Source: a virus
Lineage: Duplodnaviria > Caudoviricetes
Strand: one strand, 5' to 3'
Virus record (IMG/VR): IMGVR_UViG_3300033067_000841
Span: 1-49,373 of that record
DNA length: 49,373 bases
The notes beneath the pieces are model-generated. The model searched no databases and was not told where the DNA came from. It saw nothing but the letters and a program-made list of their open reading frames with translations. The position numbers and the translations under genes were made by a program. Below are positions 7,452 to 16,183 of this stretch, in pieces. The stretch's first letter is position 1; each line of letters begins with the position of its first letter.

Positions 7452-7586
7452 CCTTCCGACTAAAGATGCGGTTTACACGAGGAGGCAAAGTGGAGACTAA
7501 GCGACAGAATGAGCGCGAAAGATCCACACCTCAGAAGACCGCGATAAGCGCGTGTCAGTAAGCTAACCACCAGCTTTGCAGTTACG

Positions 7587-7624
7587 GAGCCCTCGGGGCT
7601 AACCCTCCGGGGGTTCACCCTTTA
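7587..7624 (+). terminator. Possible intrinsic terminator
   Basis: GAGCCCTCGG/CCGGGGGTTC stem followed by only a short T run. Confidence 0.4.
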
Positions 7625-7652
7625 TAAACATCGCAAGTGGGACCAGGTACCA

Positions 7653-7709
7653 AAGGTCACAGACAAGGGCTTCCTATCATCAAGGTCACAGACACGGCCT
7701 TCCTATCAT
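7653..7709. repeat. Tandem direct repeat, 2 x 28 bp (period 29)
   Basis: AAGGTCACAGACAAGGGCTTCCTATCAT and AAGGTCACAGACACGGCCTTCCTATCAT, 2 mismatches. Confidence 0.85.
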
Positions 7710-7740
7710 AATTTGTCCTTAATAACCCCATTCAAACCTC

Positions 7741-7854
7741 CAGCCTGAGCAAGCTGAATCGATCCTGGGAGATTCGTAGCCGCCTTAGTATACAGCCGTA
7801 AGGCTGTAAAAAACGCCCTACCATAGTACCAGAGATGGACTGCCAAAACTGCTC
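7741..7854 (+). ncRNA. H-type pseudoknot, copy 2, with ~90-nt structured insertion
   Basis: CAGC-CUGAGCA-A-GCUG-[insert including UACAGCC-GUAA-GGCUGUA GNRA hairpin]-AAAC-UGCUC. Confidence 0.55.
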
Positions 7855-7898
7855 GCTTCGCTCGCATCGCAGACTTCGTCTGCTCCTGCTCTTTGTTT

Positions 7899-7943
7899 GG
7901 GGACCTGGGTATGTCCCCGCTTTGTTAGCGAACAAACTACCCA
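7899..7943 (+). ncRNA. H-type pseudoknot, copy 3
   Basis: GGGGAC-CUGGGUA-U-GUCCCC-...-AAAC-UACCCA, just upstream of the RBS of the 7964 gene. Confidence 0.65.
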
Positions 7944-7963
7944 ACACTTTCAATGGAGGTACC

Positions 7964-8272
7964 ATGGATTGCACCTTTCAGGTAGGCGATGTCGTTGTAT
8001 GCATCAATGACAAATATAGTCCAACGTTTGATGCAGTTCATAAGCCAAAGCTCAATCAAGTTTTGACTATCCGAGCAATGCGAATAAGTGAAAGCCCAAG
8101 TACAAAAGGCAAAGCTTCTCTAACTTTCAATGAAATTCGTAATCCACTGCATATTCCAACACAACAGGAATATGCATTTGTTTACACACGCTTCCGACCA
8201 GCACGGAAAACTGACATCTCGTGCTTCACAGCACTGCTCAACACTAAGGAGCTAGTCGATGCAACCCGATGA
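7964..8272 (+). CDS. Hypothetical protein, SH3-like N-terminus
   Basis: GGAGGT RBS; ATG at 7964; 'FQVGDVVVCIND...LTIRAM'. Confidence 0.7.
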   Translation: MDCTFQVGDVVVCINDKYSPTFDAVHKPKLNQVLTIRAMRISESPSTKGKASLTFNEIRNPLHIPTQQEYAFVYTRFRPARKTDISCFTALLNTKELVDATR

Positions 8273-8357
8273 CGATGACGATCTGATCGATCCCGATTGG
8301 GACGATGACGAGGACTACGACATCGATGACTTCGAACCACTGGAGGATGAATACTAA
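8259..8357 (+). CDS. Hyper-acidic 32-aa peptide
   Basis: TAAGGAG RBS; MQPDDDDDLIDPDWDDDEDYDIDDFEPLEDEY*; fills the gap before the ATP-grasp gene. Confidence 0.65.
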   Translation: MQPDDDDDLIDPDWDDDEDYDIDDFEPLEDEY

Positions 8358-8360
8358 TCT

Positions 8361-9161
8361 TTGAGATACGTCGTTCGACCACCATCCATTTACACGACCC
8401 CAAGTCTTATCAAGCGTACTTTAGGTTGTGTCCGTACTGTCACTGCTGGCAACAGCTATCGCCCCATTGATTGGCGACGTGACTTCTTCCTCCACTATCC
8501 AGACCCTAGCGAGGTGCTCAACACCGATGCCCGATATGAGGATATCAGATCTTTTACAGGTTCCACCAAGCTCGAACAACGAAGAGCTCTCACGAGTGCA
8601 GGAATCCCTACGCCAGCTTCGTATTCGTCCTATGACGATCTCTTGGAACACCTGGGTCGAGCAGACGTTTCCATCCTCGAATCCGTTAGTACCCCGCTCG
8701 TTAGGCGACCCCTCAGACACAGCCAGGGCGTCGGATACGCCATCATCCACGACCCCTACGACTGGGACCCCACGAAAGAGTACGTATCGGAGCTTTATCC
8801 GAAAGCACACGAGTACCGGATAATCTTCTGTCTCGGTACTCCAGTCATCACACTCTACAAGAGAGTTCCTGATGACGTGGATCCTAACGGACCATGGAAC
8901 CATGCGTGTGGTTCCTCATTCGTCACCGTCAACAACCCTGAACTCAACAGACTAAGACACACGGACGCTTACGATCGTCTGTCGTCGATGGCTGTCATCA
9001 AGCACGCTCATCTTTGCGCAGCAGACATCATGCTCGCAAAGAAAGGACAATACGTGGTTTCTGAACTGAACTTCTGCCCTGCACTGACCATCCCAAGCAA
9101 TCTTGAAAGGATCAAACTGCATGTTCAAGCTCATTCAGAGCTTCGACGACTCGCTGCCTGA
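8361..9161 (+). CDS. ATP-grasp ligase
   Basis: 'KLEQRRALTSAGIPTP', 'RRPLRHSQGVG', 'EYRI', 'WNHACG', 'AADIM', 'SELNFCPAL' are ATP-grasp motifs (E-x-N metal ligands). Confidence 0.8.
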   Translation: MRYVVRPPSIYTTPSLIKRTLGCVRTVTAGNSYRPIDWRRDFFLHYPDPSEVLNTDARYEDIRSFTGSTKLEQRRALTSAGIPTPASYSSYDDLLEHLGRADVSILESVSTPLVRRPLRHSQGVGYAIIHDPYDWDPTKEYVSELYPKAHEYRIIFCLGTPVITLYKRVPDDVDPNGPWNHACGSSFVTVNNPELNRLRHTDAYDRLSSMAVIKHAHLCAADIMLAKKGQYVVSELNFCPALTIPSNLERIKLHVQAHSELRRLAA

Positions 9162-10995
9162 GATCGAACTGCCAATCGAGCATCTCTTCAACCCTGCCCT
9201 CAATAAGCTTTGGCAGTCGGGATTCTCTCGACAGCTGGCAGGAAACAACAGCTATCCCCGTATCTGCGACATGTTCAAGCTGCTGAAGAGTCTCTATACC
9301 AAGAACAATATCCTCTATCAGCCCTACCTGATGATCGATTGCCTGGCCGCTGTCGATACTTCCAACCGCAACACCTTCAACGAGTTTGTCAGCTTCTTCG
9401 TCAATGCTATTCCCGAAGAGGACCTGTGGACCCTGGCGTTCATGCGCTTCAACGGATACATCCGAGAGAATGTCGCCTGGCAATCGTATGGTCCTCACGA
9501 CATTCGAGAAGTCTCGACCACGCATACGGGCTGGCGTCTAAGCAGCATCAGCCCAAACCTCGTTACGCAGGTGTGGCCGGCTACCACCTTCACTGGTTCT
9601 GGTCTCGAAGCTACGTATAAAGAACACATCCTCAAGCACGTCAAGAAGATCAAGGACAAGTTCGAAGCGTCGGGCCTGATGACCTGCGAGCGTCAGTTCT
9701 ACCCCGCCCAGGGTAGCTTCTGTCTTGCGCATCTGATGCCTCCGCTGCTGAACTACGTCACCAACGAGAAGATGTTCACTCGCAGTGCTTCTCGCACCAC
9801 CGAATCTCCTTCTACCATCTTTGGTCGCCTGGAGCTGGCCAGCAGCGATGATGTCCGCTCCTTCGTCAAGGCCAGTGTCGAACGCCACCACCACTTCACT
9901 GACCTGGTGGTCGGCATCATGAGCTTCAAGTATGACCCGCCCATCACCAAGGCGGATCGTACGGCACTGCACACCGTGTTCTCCTACTCCACTTCACCGT
10001 GTGACATGCTGAAATGGCCGATCACCCTCAAGGGAGAGGTCAAGCCTGTCCTCTATGGCGTGGAGCTGGAGGTCTCCACCAACTACACCATGAAGCGGCT
10101 CATCGAGGCATGCAACGAGCTGTTCCTGATCGGCAAGCAGGACGGCAGCATCACCGGATCCATGGGCAACAGGGTCGAGCTCGTCACTGTTCCATGTTCC
10201 TTGCGTGCCCAGAAGCGAGAGTGGGCACACTTCTTCTCCAAGCTGGACTACGAGCAGTTCGACACCAGCAAGGACACCAATAACGGCATGCATGTCCACA
10301 TCGACAGGACTGCCTTCGTCGATGAGAAGCACATCCGCAACCTGGCATGGCTGGTCAACAACCCTGCCAACTATGACTTCTGGCTGGCTGTGTCGGAGCG
10401 CAACGATCACTCGATGCGCAACTATGCAACCACTGCCAACTTCGGCACTTCATCCAAGGTCCGCAGCTTCCGCAACACCACGCAGGTTGTCTCGCAGATC
10501 CGTGGTGCCATCAACGTACGCACCAACAAGCCCACCATCGAGGTGCGTCTGTTCCGCGGCATCGTCTCGTACGCCAGTGTCCTCAAGAACCTGGAGTGCG
10601 TTGATGCCATGTACAACTACACCATGAGCCGCAACATCACCGAGCTTACGCTCAAGGCATTCCTTGCCTGGCTCGACAGCACACCGTCCAACAAGTACCC
10701 AGTGTTCAAGAAGTTCGTTGCTGCCATTCCCAACATGAAGAAGATCATCGCTCGCAGCGAGGTACGAGAGATCATCTTCAACGCCAAGACACCCGAGAAG
10801 ATCATTCAGATCCTCGACAAGTCCAAGTTCAAGATCACGCAGGAGCACATCCTCGCCCTCAACAAGACCATGAAGAAGCGGTCATTCCGTCTCAACAAAG
10901 CAACAGGAAAGGTAGAAGCAATCTTCACGAACGAATCACCCGTCGCCCATCTCAACCGCGAGCTTGAGAAGCGCTTCATCAACATGGCCGGTTGA
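9121..10995 (+). CDS. Putative amidoligase (glutamine-synthetase-like COOH-NH2 ligase) with ~300-aa unknown N-terminal region
   Basis: 'YGVELEV', 'DGSI', 'VELVT', 'GMHVH', 'TIEVRLFRG'. Confidence 0.8.
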   Translation: MFKLIQSFDDSLPEIELPIEHLFNPALNKLWQSGFSRQLAGNNSYPRICDMFKLLKSLYTKNNILYQPYLMIDCLAAVDTSNRNTFNEFVSFFVNAIPEEDLWTLAFMRFNGYIRENVAWQSYGPHDIREVSTTHTGWRLSSISPNLVTQVWPATTFTGSGLEATYKEHILKHVKKIKDKFEASGLMTCERQFYPAQGSFCLAHLMPPLLNYVTNEKMFTRSASRTTESPSTIFGRLELASSDDVRSFVKASVERHHHFTDLVVGIMSFKYDPPITKADRTALHTVFSYSTSPCDMLKWPITLKGEVKPVLYGVELEVSTNYTMKRLIEACNELFLIGKQDGSITGSMGNRVELVTVPCSLRAQKREWAHFFSKLDYEQFDTSKDTNNGMHVHIDRTAFVDEKHIRNLAWLVNNPANYDFWLAVSERNDHSMRNYATTANFGTSSKVRSFRNTTQVVSQIRGAINVRTNKPTIEVRLFRGIVSYASVLKNLECVDAMYNYTMSRNITELTLKAFLAWLDSTPSNKYPVFKKFVAAIPNMKKIIARSEVREIIFNAKTPEKIIQILDKSKFKITQEHILALNKTMKKRSFRLNKATGKVEAIFTNESPVAHLNRELEKRFINMAG

Positions 10996-11003
10996 GGTAT
11001 AAT

Positions 11004-12077
11004 ATGTGTGTCATCATCCAGAGGGATCCGGGCATTATCCTCCCGGAGGACAAGATCTGGTCAGCGTGCAAGGTCAACTCTGACGGATACGGTATCAGCG
11101 TCATCGATCGTGGCAAGATCGAGACCATCAGGGAGTTCGACCCCAAGGGCAACGACTCCAAACTGGTGATGAAGCGACTTGAGGATGCCAAGGATCACCC
11201 GGTGTTCCTGCATCTGCGCTTCAAGACGGGTGGTGTGAAGGGCGTGGACAACTGCCATCCCTTCACCGTGCTGAACAGGGAGCAGGACAAGCTCGACCTC
11301 CAGTTCATGCACAACGGTACGCTGTTCAAGTTCAATACCGACAAGCACTTCTCCGATACCTACGTCTTCAACGAGAAGATCCTCAAGCCTCTCATCCGCA
11401 AGATGAAGCCATTCTACGATATGCAGGAGGACAAGAACATCCTGGGCGATGCCACCATCTACGCCATCCTCCAGGAATACGCAGGTGCTGGCAGCATCTT
11501 CACGCTGTACGATGCCAACGGCAACAGCATGATCATCAACCGGGACAAGGGATTCGAACACGAGGATCCCGAGACCAAGAAGAAGTGGTGGTCGTCCAAC
11601 AACTACAGCTTCAACCAGTACCATCGTGACGACAGCAAGCGCTACGAGAGCTACTGGCAGGGGCGACACAATGCTTCCGCGTATGGCTACGGATCCTACG
11701 ACGGAAGCGCAGATGAGTGGGAAGGAGACAACGTCAACGACCTCCCTTTCGAACCGACAACGGAAACGTCTCGAAAGGCTCTACCACCGCCGGATACGCA
11801 GGAGTCGGAGGAACAAAAGGACCTGAAGATCCTGGTCGAGACCTCCAACGCAGCAGCCAAGCACATCGCTCCCACCATCATCCCACCCCAGCAGCGGGAC
11901 ACCTTCGTTTCACTCGCCGGGATCTCCAGCCTCTCACAACTTCAATGTTTGGAGGCGGAGGACATCAACGACATCGTCAACAACTACCCGGAGGCAGCCA
12001 GCATCCTGATCATGGACCTGCTGTACGAACTGTACCTGAAGGACACGGCAATCAAGGGAGTCAAGCGTGGTGGCTGA
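11004..12077 (+). CDS. Class II (Ntn) glutamine amidotransferase
   Basis: Start Met-Cys at 11004 after GAGGT; 'NSDGYG', 'HLRFKT', 'NCHPF', 'FMHNG', 'SDT'. Confidence 0.85.
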   Translation: MCVIIQRDPGIILPEDKIWSACKVNSDGYGISVIDRGKIETIREFDPKGNDSKLVMKRLEDAKDHPVFLHLRFKTGGVKGVDNCHPFTVLNREQDKLDLQFMHNGTLFKFNTDKHFSDTYVFNEKILKPLIRKMKPFYDMQEDKNILGDATIYAILQEYAGAGSIFTLYDANGNSMIINRDKGFEHEDPETKKKWWSSNNYSFNQYHRDDSKRYESYWQGRHNASAYGYGSYDGSADEWEGDNVNDLPFEPTTETSRKALPPPDTQESEEQKDLKILVETSNAAAKHIAPTIIPPQQRDTFVSLAGISSLSQLQCLEAEDINDIVNNYPEAASILIMDLLYELYLKDTAIKGVKRGG

Positions 12078-12711
12078 AAGGACTGACTTCATCGACCTAC
12101 TGGAACTGGATCAAAACGGAAGGAAAAACTACGTTCGATCCCTCTCGATTGACGTGGGTCATAATGTTGATGAGCACTACTATTCTCCTGATGGCGCTGC
12201 ACTGAACCGCTACCTCTACCACGACATCTTCGTCTTCGGTCGAATGAAGCAGGGCTTCGGGCTGCACGAGAAGCTGCGTGTCCCCGAGCAGGAGCACAAG
12301 ACCCTGTGCCTAGGCTTCGGTGTCACGGCCTCCACGGCCCTTCGGCTGTGGCGTCAGGATTCACCCCGTGGTGCTGCTGTGCTGCTGCCTGAGCCCGACA
12401 AGAAGCTGCAGGGACGCATCTGCGGGGAGGTATGGCGTGTCCCTGTGTCGATCATCTACAACCTCGACTTCTACGAGAGCAACAACACCTACACCAAGCG
12501 GATGAAGATGCCCATCCGCCTGGAGAGGGGTGGCAAGTACATCTACCATCCAGCCTGGGCCTATGTCGGCATGCCCACCTACTGGAAGGATACCAGCAAG
12601 AAGAAGGCTATCCCCCTTGTACCGTGCGAGACCTCGCTGCTGACCGAGGACAAGCACATCAAGCATTATCTCTACAAGTACAATTATGAAAAAGGTGAAT
12701 CACTGCATTGA
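12067..12711 (+). CDS. Gamma-glutamylcyclotransferase (AIG2-like)
   Basis: 'IFVFGRMKQG', 'ICGEVWRV', 'LDFYE', 'AWAY'. Confidence 0.75.
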   Translation: MVAERTDFIDLLELDQNGRKNYVRSLSIDVGHNVDEHYYSPDGAALNRYLYHDIFVFGRMKQGFGLHEKLRVPEQEHKTLCLGFGVTASTALRLWRQDSPRGAAVLLPEPDKKLQGRICGEVWRVPVSIIYNLDFYESNNTYTKRMKMPIRLERGGKYIYHPAWAYVGMPTYWKDTSKKKAIPLVPCETSLLTEDKHIKHYLYKYNYEKGESLH

Positions 12712-12965
12712 ACAGTTCACTAAACAGATGTGCCATTTGTGATTACGTAAGTGGTTTCGGTTCAGACTACATACTGAAGGGTGTCGGACACAACGCCGTA
12801 CACTACAGACCCAAGCTCAACGAGTACCTGTGTACCGATTGCATGAGGGAGGTACTACATCAGAAACAATACTTCAAGGACGTGGACAACGGATTCCAGA
12901 GAGGATTTGCCCAAAGCAAGGCTCCTGAAGGCACACCTGCCGTGCCCGTGCGGGGAAAGCAGTGA
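12708..12965 (+). CDS. Small zinc-finger protein
   Basis: CAIC...CTDC. Confidence 0.55.
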   Translation: MNSSLNRCAICDYVSGFGSDYILKGVGHNAVHYRPKLNEYLCTDCMREVLHQKQYFKDVDNGFQRGFAQSKAPEGTPAVPVRGKQ

Positions 12966-14502
12966 TGCCTTCGCCACCTACGATGATGGCCATGGCTTCT
13001 GCTTCTCTTGCAGCCAGCACTTCAAGGAAACAGAGGACGTGAGCGCAGCCATCTCAACCTCTTCGAGCAGTTCTTCGAGTGTTCCTATCATCAATTCAGG
13101 TCCACCAGCTACGTATGAATACCTGCCTCATCGTGGCCTCACCAAGGAGACTATGCAGCACTATGGCATACGAACTCGCGTCGCCATTGATGGTCGTCCT
13201 ACTGCTCTTGGTTTTGACTATGGCCCCCTTGCTACAAAGGTAAGATCGCTCGACAAGAAGGAGTTCTTCAGTGTTGGAGACATGTCAAGTGCAACCCTCT
13301 TCGGAAAGGACAAGTTCTCCGCAGGATCAAGCAAGGCCATCACCATCACAGAAGGAGAACTGGACGCTGCCAGCGTATACCAAATGCTTGGGTCCAAGTA
13401 TCCTGCTGTCTCAGTCCGTTCTAGCTCTTCTGCAAGAGCAGATTGCGAAAAGGAGCGAGCATACCTAAACAGCTTTGAGCAAATCTACCTCTGCTTTGAC
13501 AATGATGAGAAAGGTCAGGCCGCCGTAAAGAAGGTTGCCCAGCTTTTCGACTTCAACAAGGTCTACCATGTCCAGATGTCGTTGCACAAGGATGCCAACG
13601 AATATCTGACCAACGGCAAGATCGATGAATTCAAGCGGCTCTGGTACAACGCCAGGCGCTTCCTCCCAGAGGGGATCCTCTCGTCCTACCGTGAGTTCGA
13701 CGAGATCATTGACAGCTCCCAGACCAAGGAGGGGGCTGCATTCCCCTTCGCTGACCTACAGGAGATGACATTTGGGATCCGAACTGGAGAAGTTGTTCTT
13801 ATCACCGCAATGGAGGGAATTGGAAAAACGGAGGTTGTTCGGGCTATTGAATTTCAGTTGCTCAACAATACAGATGCAAATATTGGAGTTATCCACCTTG
13901 AGGAGTCGAAAGATCGCCTTCTTAAGGGACTTGCGGGATACCAACTCGGAACTCCGGTTCATCTCCCAACAACTAACACAAGTAATGAACAGGTCAAGGA
14001 AGCACTCAGGACCCTAACCAAGAGGGACGAACGTCTGCATGTCTACTCTCACTTCGGTAGTAGCGACCCTGACGTTATTCTTGATACGATCAGGTTTCTG
14101 GCTACTTCGTGCAACTGTAAGTATATTAGCCTTGATCACATCACTATGGTGGTGTCGGGTCTTTCAGATTCCGAAGAACGGAAGCAACTAGACTACATCT
14201 CCACACGCTTGGCAATGATGGTAGAGGAGCTAGACTTTGCACTTATCCTTGTCTCTCACATTAACGACGAAGGACAGACGCGAGGCTCTCGCAATATATC
14301 GAAAATTGCGGACCTCTGGATTCAGCTCGACCGAGATTACCTTGCAGGATCTGAGCTCGAACGCAATACTACTCGTCTTAGCGTCCGCAAGAATCGCTTC
14401 GGATCAAGAACGGGAAGCGCTGGTAACGTCTATTTCGACCTGGAAACGTTCAAGGTCACAGACAAGCCCCCTGTTCACCTGATGCTACCACCTACGGGGT
14501 AA
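12907..14502 (+). CDS. DNA primase-helicase (T7 gp4-like)
   Basis: Zn-binding 'CPCGESSDA...FCFSC', TOPRIM 'ITEGELDA' and 'FDNDEKG', Walker A 'AMEGIGKT', 'LDHIT', 'KNRF'. Confidence 0.95.
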   Translation: MPKARLLKAHLPCPCGESSDAFATYDDGHGFCFSCSQHFKETEDVSAAISTSSSSSSSVPIINSGPPATYEYLPHRGLTKETMQHYGIRTRVAIDGRPTALGFDYGPLATKVRSLDKKEFFSVGDMSSATLFGKDKFSAGSSKAITITEGELDAASVYQMLGSKYPAVSVRSSSSARADCEKERAYLNSFEQIYLCFDNDEKGQAAVKKVAQLFDFNKVYHVQMSLHKDANEYLTNGKIDEFKRLWYNARRFLPEGILSSYREFDEIIDSSQTKEGAAFPFADLQEMTFGIRTGEVVLITAMEGIGKTEVVRAIEFQLLNNTDANIGVIHLEESKDRLLKGLAGYQLGTPVHLPTTNTSNEQVKEALRTLTKRDERLHVYSHFGSSDPDVILDTIRFLATSCNCKYISLDHITMVVSGLSDSEERKQLDYISTRLAMMVEELDFALILVSHINDEGQTRGSRNISKIADLWIQLDRDYLAGSELERNTTRLSVRKNRFGSRTGSAGNVYFDLETFKVTDKPPVHLMLPPTG

Positions 14503-14505
14503 ATC

Positions 14506-14772
14506 GTGAATTTTTTGCAGAAAATTTTAGGCCAAATCCGCAGAGACGAATTCTCAGACAGTCATCTGCTGAATCTCACCCTACCAAACGGGCAACTGGT
14601 CCGTGATGTGGTTGAAGAGATCAAGAAGCGCACAGATCTCTCCAAGAAAGAACGCCATATGCGCATCAATACATTGTTTGAAGTGGTGAGGCTTCGTGAA
14701 CGTCAGCGAGAAGCTGCTATCGGCGGCGACCTCGATAGCTCAGAGGAGTTCTGGGGTTGGTCGACGCGCTAG
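14506..14772 (+). CDS. Hypothetical protein
   Basis: ORF packed between helicase and deaminase. Confidence 0.5.
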   Translation: MNFLQKILGQIRRDEFSDSHLLNLTLPNGQLVRDVVEEIKKRTDLSKKERHMRINTLFEVVRLRERQREAAIGGDLDSSEEFWGWSTR

Positions 14773-15079
14773 TTTTAAAGTTGGTGCTATTCTGTTTGAT
14801 CGGAGCCATCGTATCATCCAGCGTCGCTGTAACAGCTACAAGACACATCCTAAACTTGTTGCTTACAGCAAGTGGCCTTTCCTCCACGCAGAATCGAGCT
14901 GCCTTATACATCATGGCTTGGATCACTGCCACGGCCTTAACCTTCTTGTCACTCGTATTGATGCTCGGCATCGTCCTACCATGGCTCGACCATGTCCTAC
15001 TTGTAGAGCATTGATCCACGACGCTGGTATTCGTAACGTCTACTATACTAACTGGAACGGAGAGATCGAACAACTATGA
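14696..15079 (+). CDS. Zn-dependent cytidine/dCMP deaminase-family protein
   Basis: 'KVGAIL', 'HAE', 'PCPTC', 'AGIRNVYY'. Confidence 0.85.
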   Translation: MNVSEKLLSAATSIAQRSSGVGRRASFKVGAILFDRSHRIIQRRCNSYKTHPKLVAYSKWPFLHAESSCLIHHGLDHCHGLNLLVTRIDARHRPTMARPCPTCRALIHDAGIRNVYYTNWNGEIEQL

Positions 15080-15351
15080 GAATGCTTTGTTATGCTGCTG
15101 CTTTTCTAATCCTCTGTGTCGGCCTGGCTCACGCCCACTCCTGGTATGACCCAGCATGCTGCTCCGAACGGGACTGCGAACCCTACAAGGGAGAGCTGAA
15201 GGAGATGGCTGACGGCTACCACCTGGAAGACGGTACCGTGATCCTTTACTCCGACAAGCGCATCCGTCTCAGTGCCGACAACGAGTATCACATCTGCAAG
15301 TACCCGAGTGGGCAGATCATCTGCTTCTATATCCCTGCTGGAGGCGTCTAA
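15076..15351 (+). CDS. Secreted Cys-rich hypothetical protein
   Basis: Signal peptide ending AHA, then 'HSWYDPACCSERDC...YHIC...ICFY'. Confidence 0.7.
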   Translation: MRMLCYAAAFLILCVGLAHAHSWYDPACCSERDCEPYKGELKEMADGYHLEDGTVILYSDKRIRLSADNEYHICKYPSGQIICFYIPAGGV

Positions 15352-15355
15352 TTAA

Positions 15356-16183
15356 TTGATTGTCCAAGCGTTGTGGGAATCCTACTATGAGTCAGTCAAG
15401 CACAAGCCTAGCGGAAAGGTCCGGCAGTACTACTGGAATAAGCTTCAACCATTCTTCGGCCAACATAAAGTGTCGGAAATTAACGAACAACTCTGTCGAA
15501 GTTACTATGAAGATCGCATACGATCCGTCTCTCCCTCAACCATTTGGGGAGAACTATCTCTTCTTCGGACTTGCCTCAACTTCGGCAGGCGTAAGCGCCT
15601 CATCGAACCCTACTCTTTTGATGTATGGCTACCAACGCCTAACCGACCTCGTGATCGACGACTAACCAAGGAGCAAGTAAAGAAGGTTCTGGATAAGTGT
15701 ATCGCTCCTCACACGAAGCTGTTCGTACTGCTTCTGATCTCGACCGCCTGTCGAGCATCGGCTGCCCTCGACCTGACATGGGACCGTGTTGATTTCAACA
15801 GTGGCCTGATCGACCTACGGAAGCCCGTAGACGGCCAGCCTGAGGGCAAAGGTAGGGCGGTAGTACCCATGACACAGAGCCTGCGTACGGCCCTCCTAGA
15901 GGCCAAGGAAAAGGCCACCACTCCCTATGTCATCGAGTATGCTGGACAGAGGATCAAGGACGGGTACAACGGATTCAAGAGGGCATGCGTGGAGGCAGGT
16001 GTACCGTGGGCTCACCCCCACATCCTGCGACACAGTGCTGCAACTTGGATGGCAGAGGATGGTATCCCCATGCCGGAAATCGCTAGGTTCCTGGGACATA
16101 GTGACTCCATCATAACAGAACGGATCTATGCTAAGTATAGGCCCAACTATCTACGCAACGCTGCTTCATCGTTGGAGATTTAA
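15356..16183 (+). CDS. int: Tyrosine recombinase / integrase
   Basis: Catalytic R (TACRASA), K (GKGR), HILRH, LGH and Y (IYAKY). Confidence 0.9.
   Translation: MIVQALWESYYESVKHKPSGKVRQYYWNKLQPFFGQHKVSEINEQLCRSYYEDRIRSVSPSTIWGELSLLRTCLNFGRRKRLIEPYSFDVWLPTPNRPRDRRLTKEQVKKVLDKCIAPHTKLFVLLLISTACRASAALDLTWDRVDFNSGLIDLRKPVDGQPEGKGRAVVPMTQSLRTALLEAKEKATTPYVIEYAGQRIKDGYNGFKRACVEAGVPWAHPHILRHSAATWMAEDGIPMPEIARFLGHSDSIITERIYAKYRPNYLRNAASSLEI

Noticed and set aside
7495-7525. Hammerhead-like ...AUGA...GAAA sequence
   Set aside because: Lacks the CUGANGA core and the required stem II; no twister or pistol consensus either
7653-7709. Possible CRISPR mini-array
   Set aside because: Only two units separated by 1 nt, with no spacer; the Cas4-like gene is an ordinary phage exonuclease
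13024-13042. Internal GTG start giving a T7 gp4B-like helicase lacking the Zn domain
   Set aside because: RBS spacing is poor (1 or ~11 nt); cannot be supported from sequence alone
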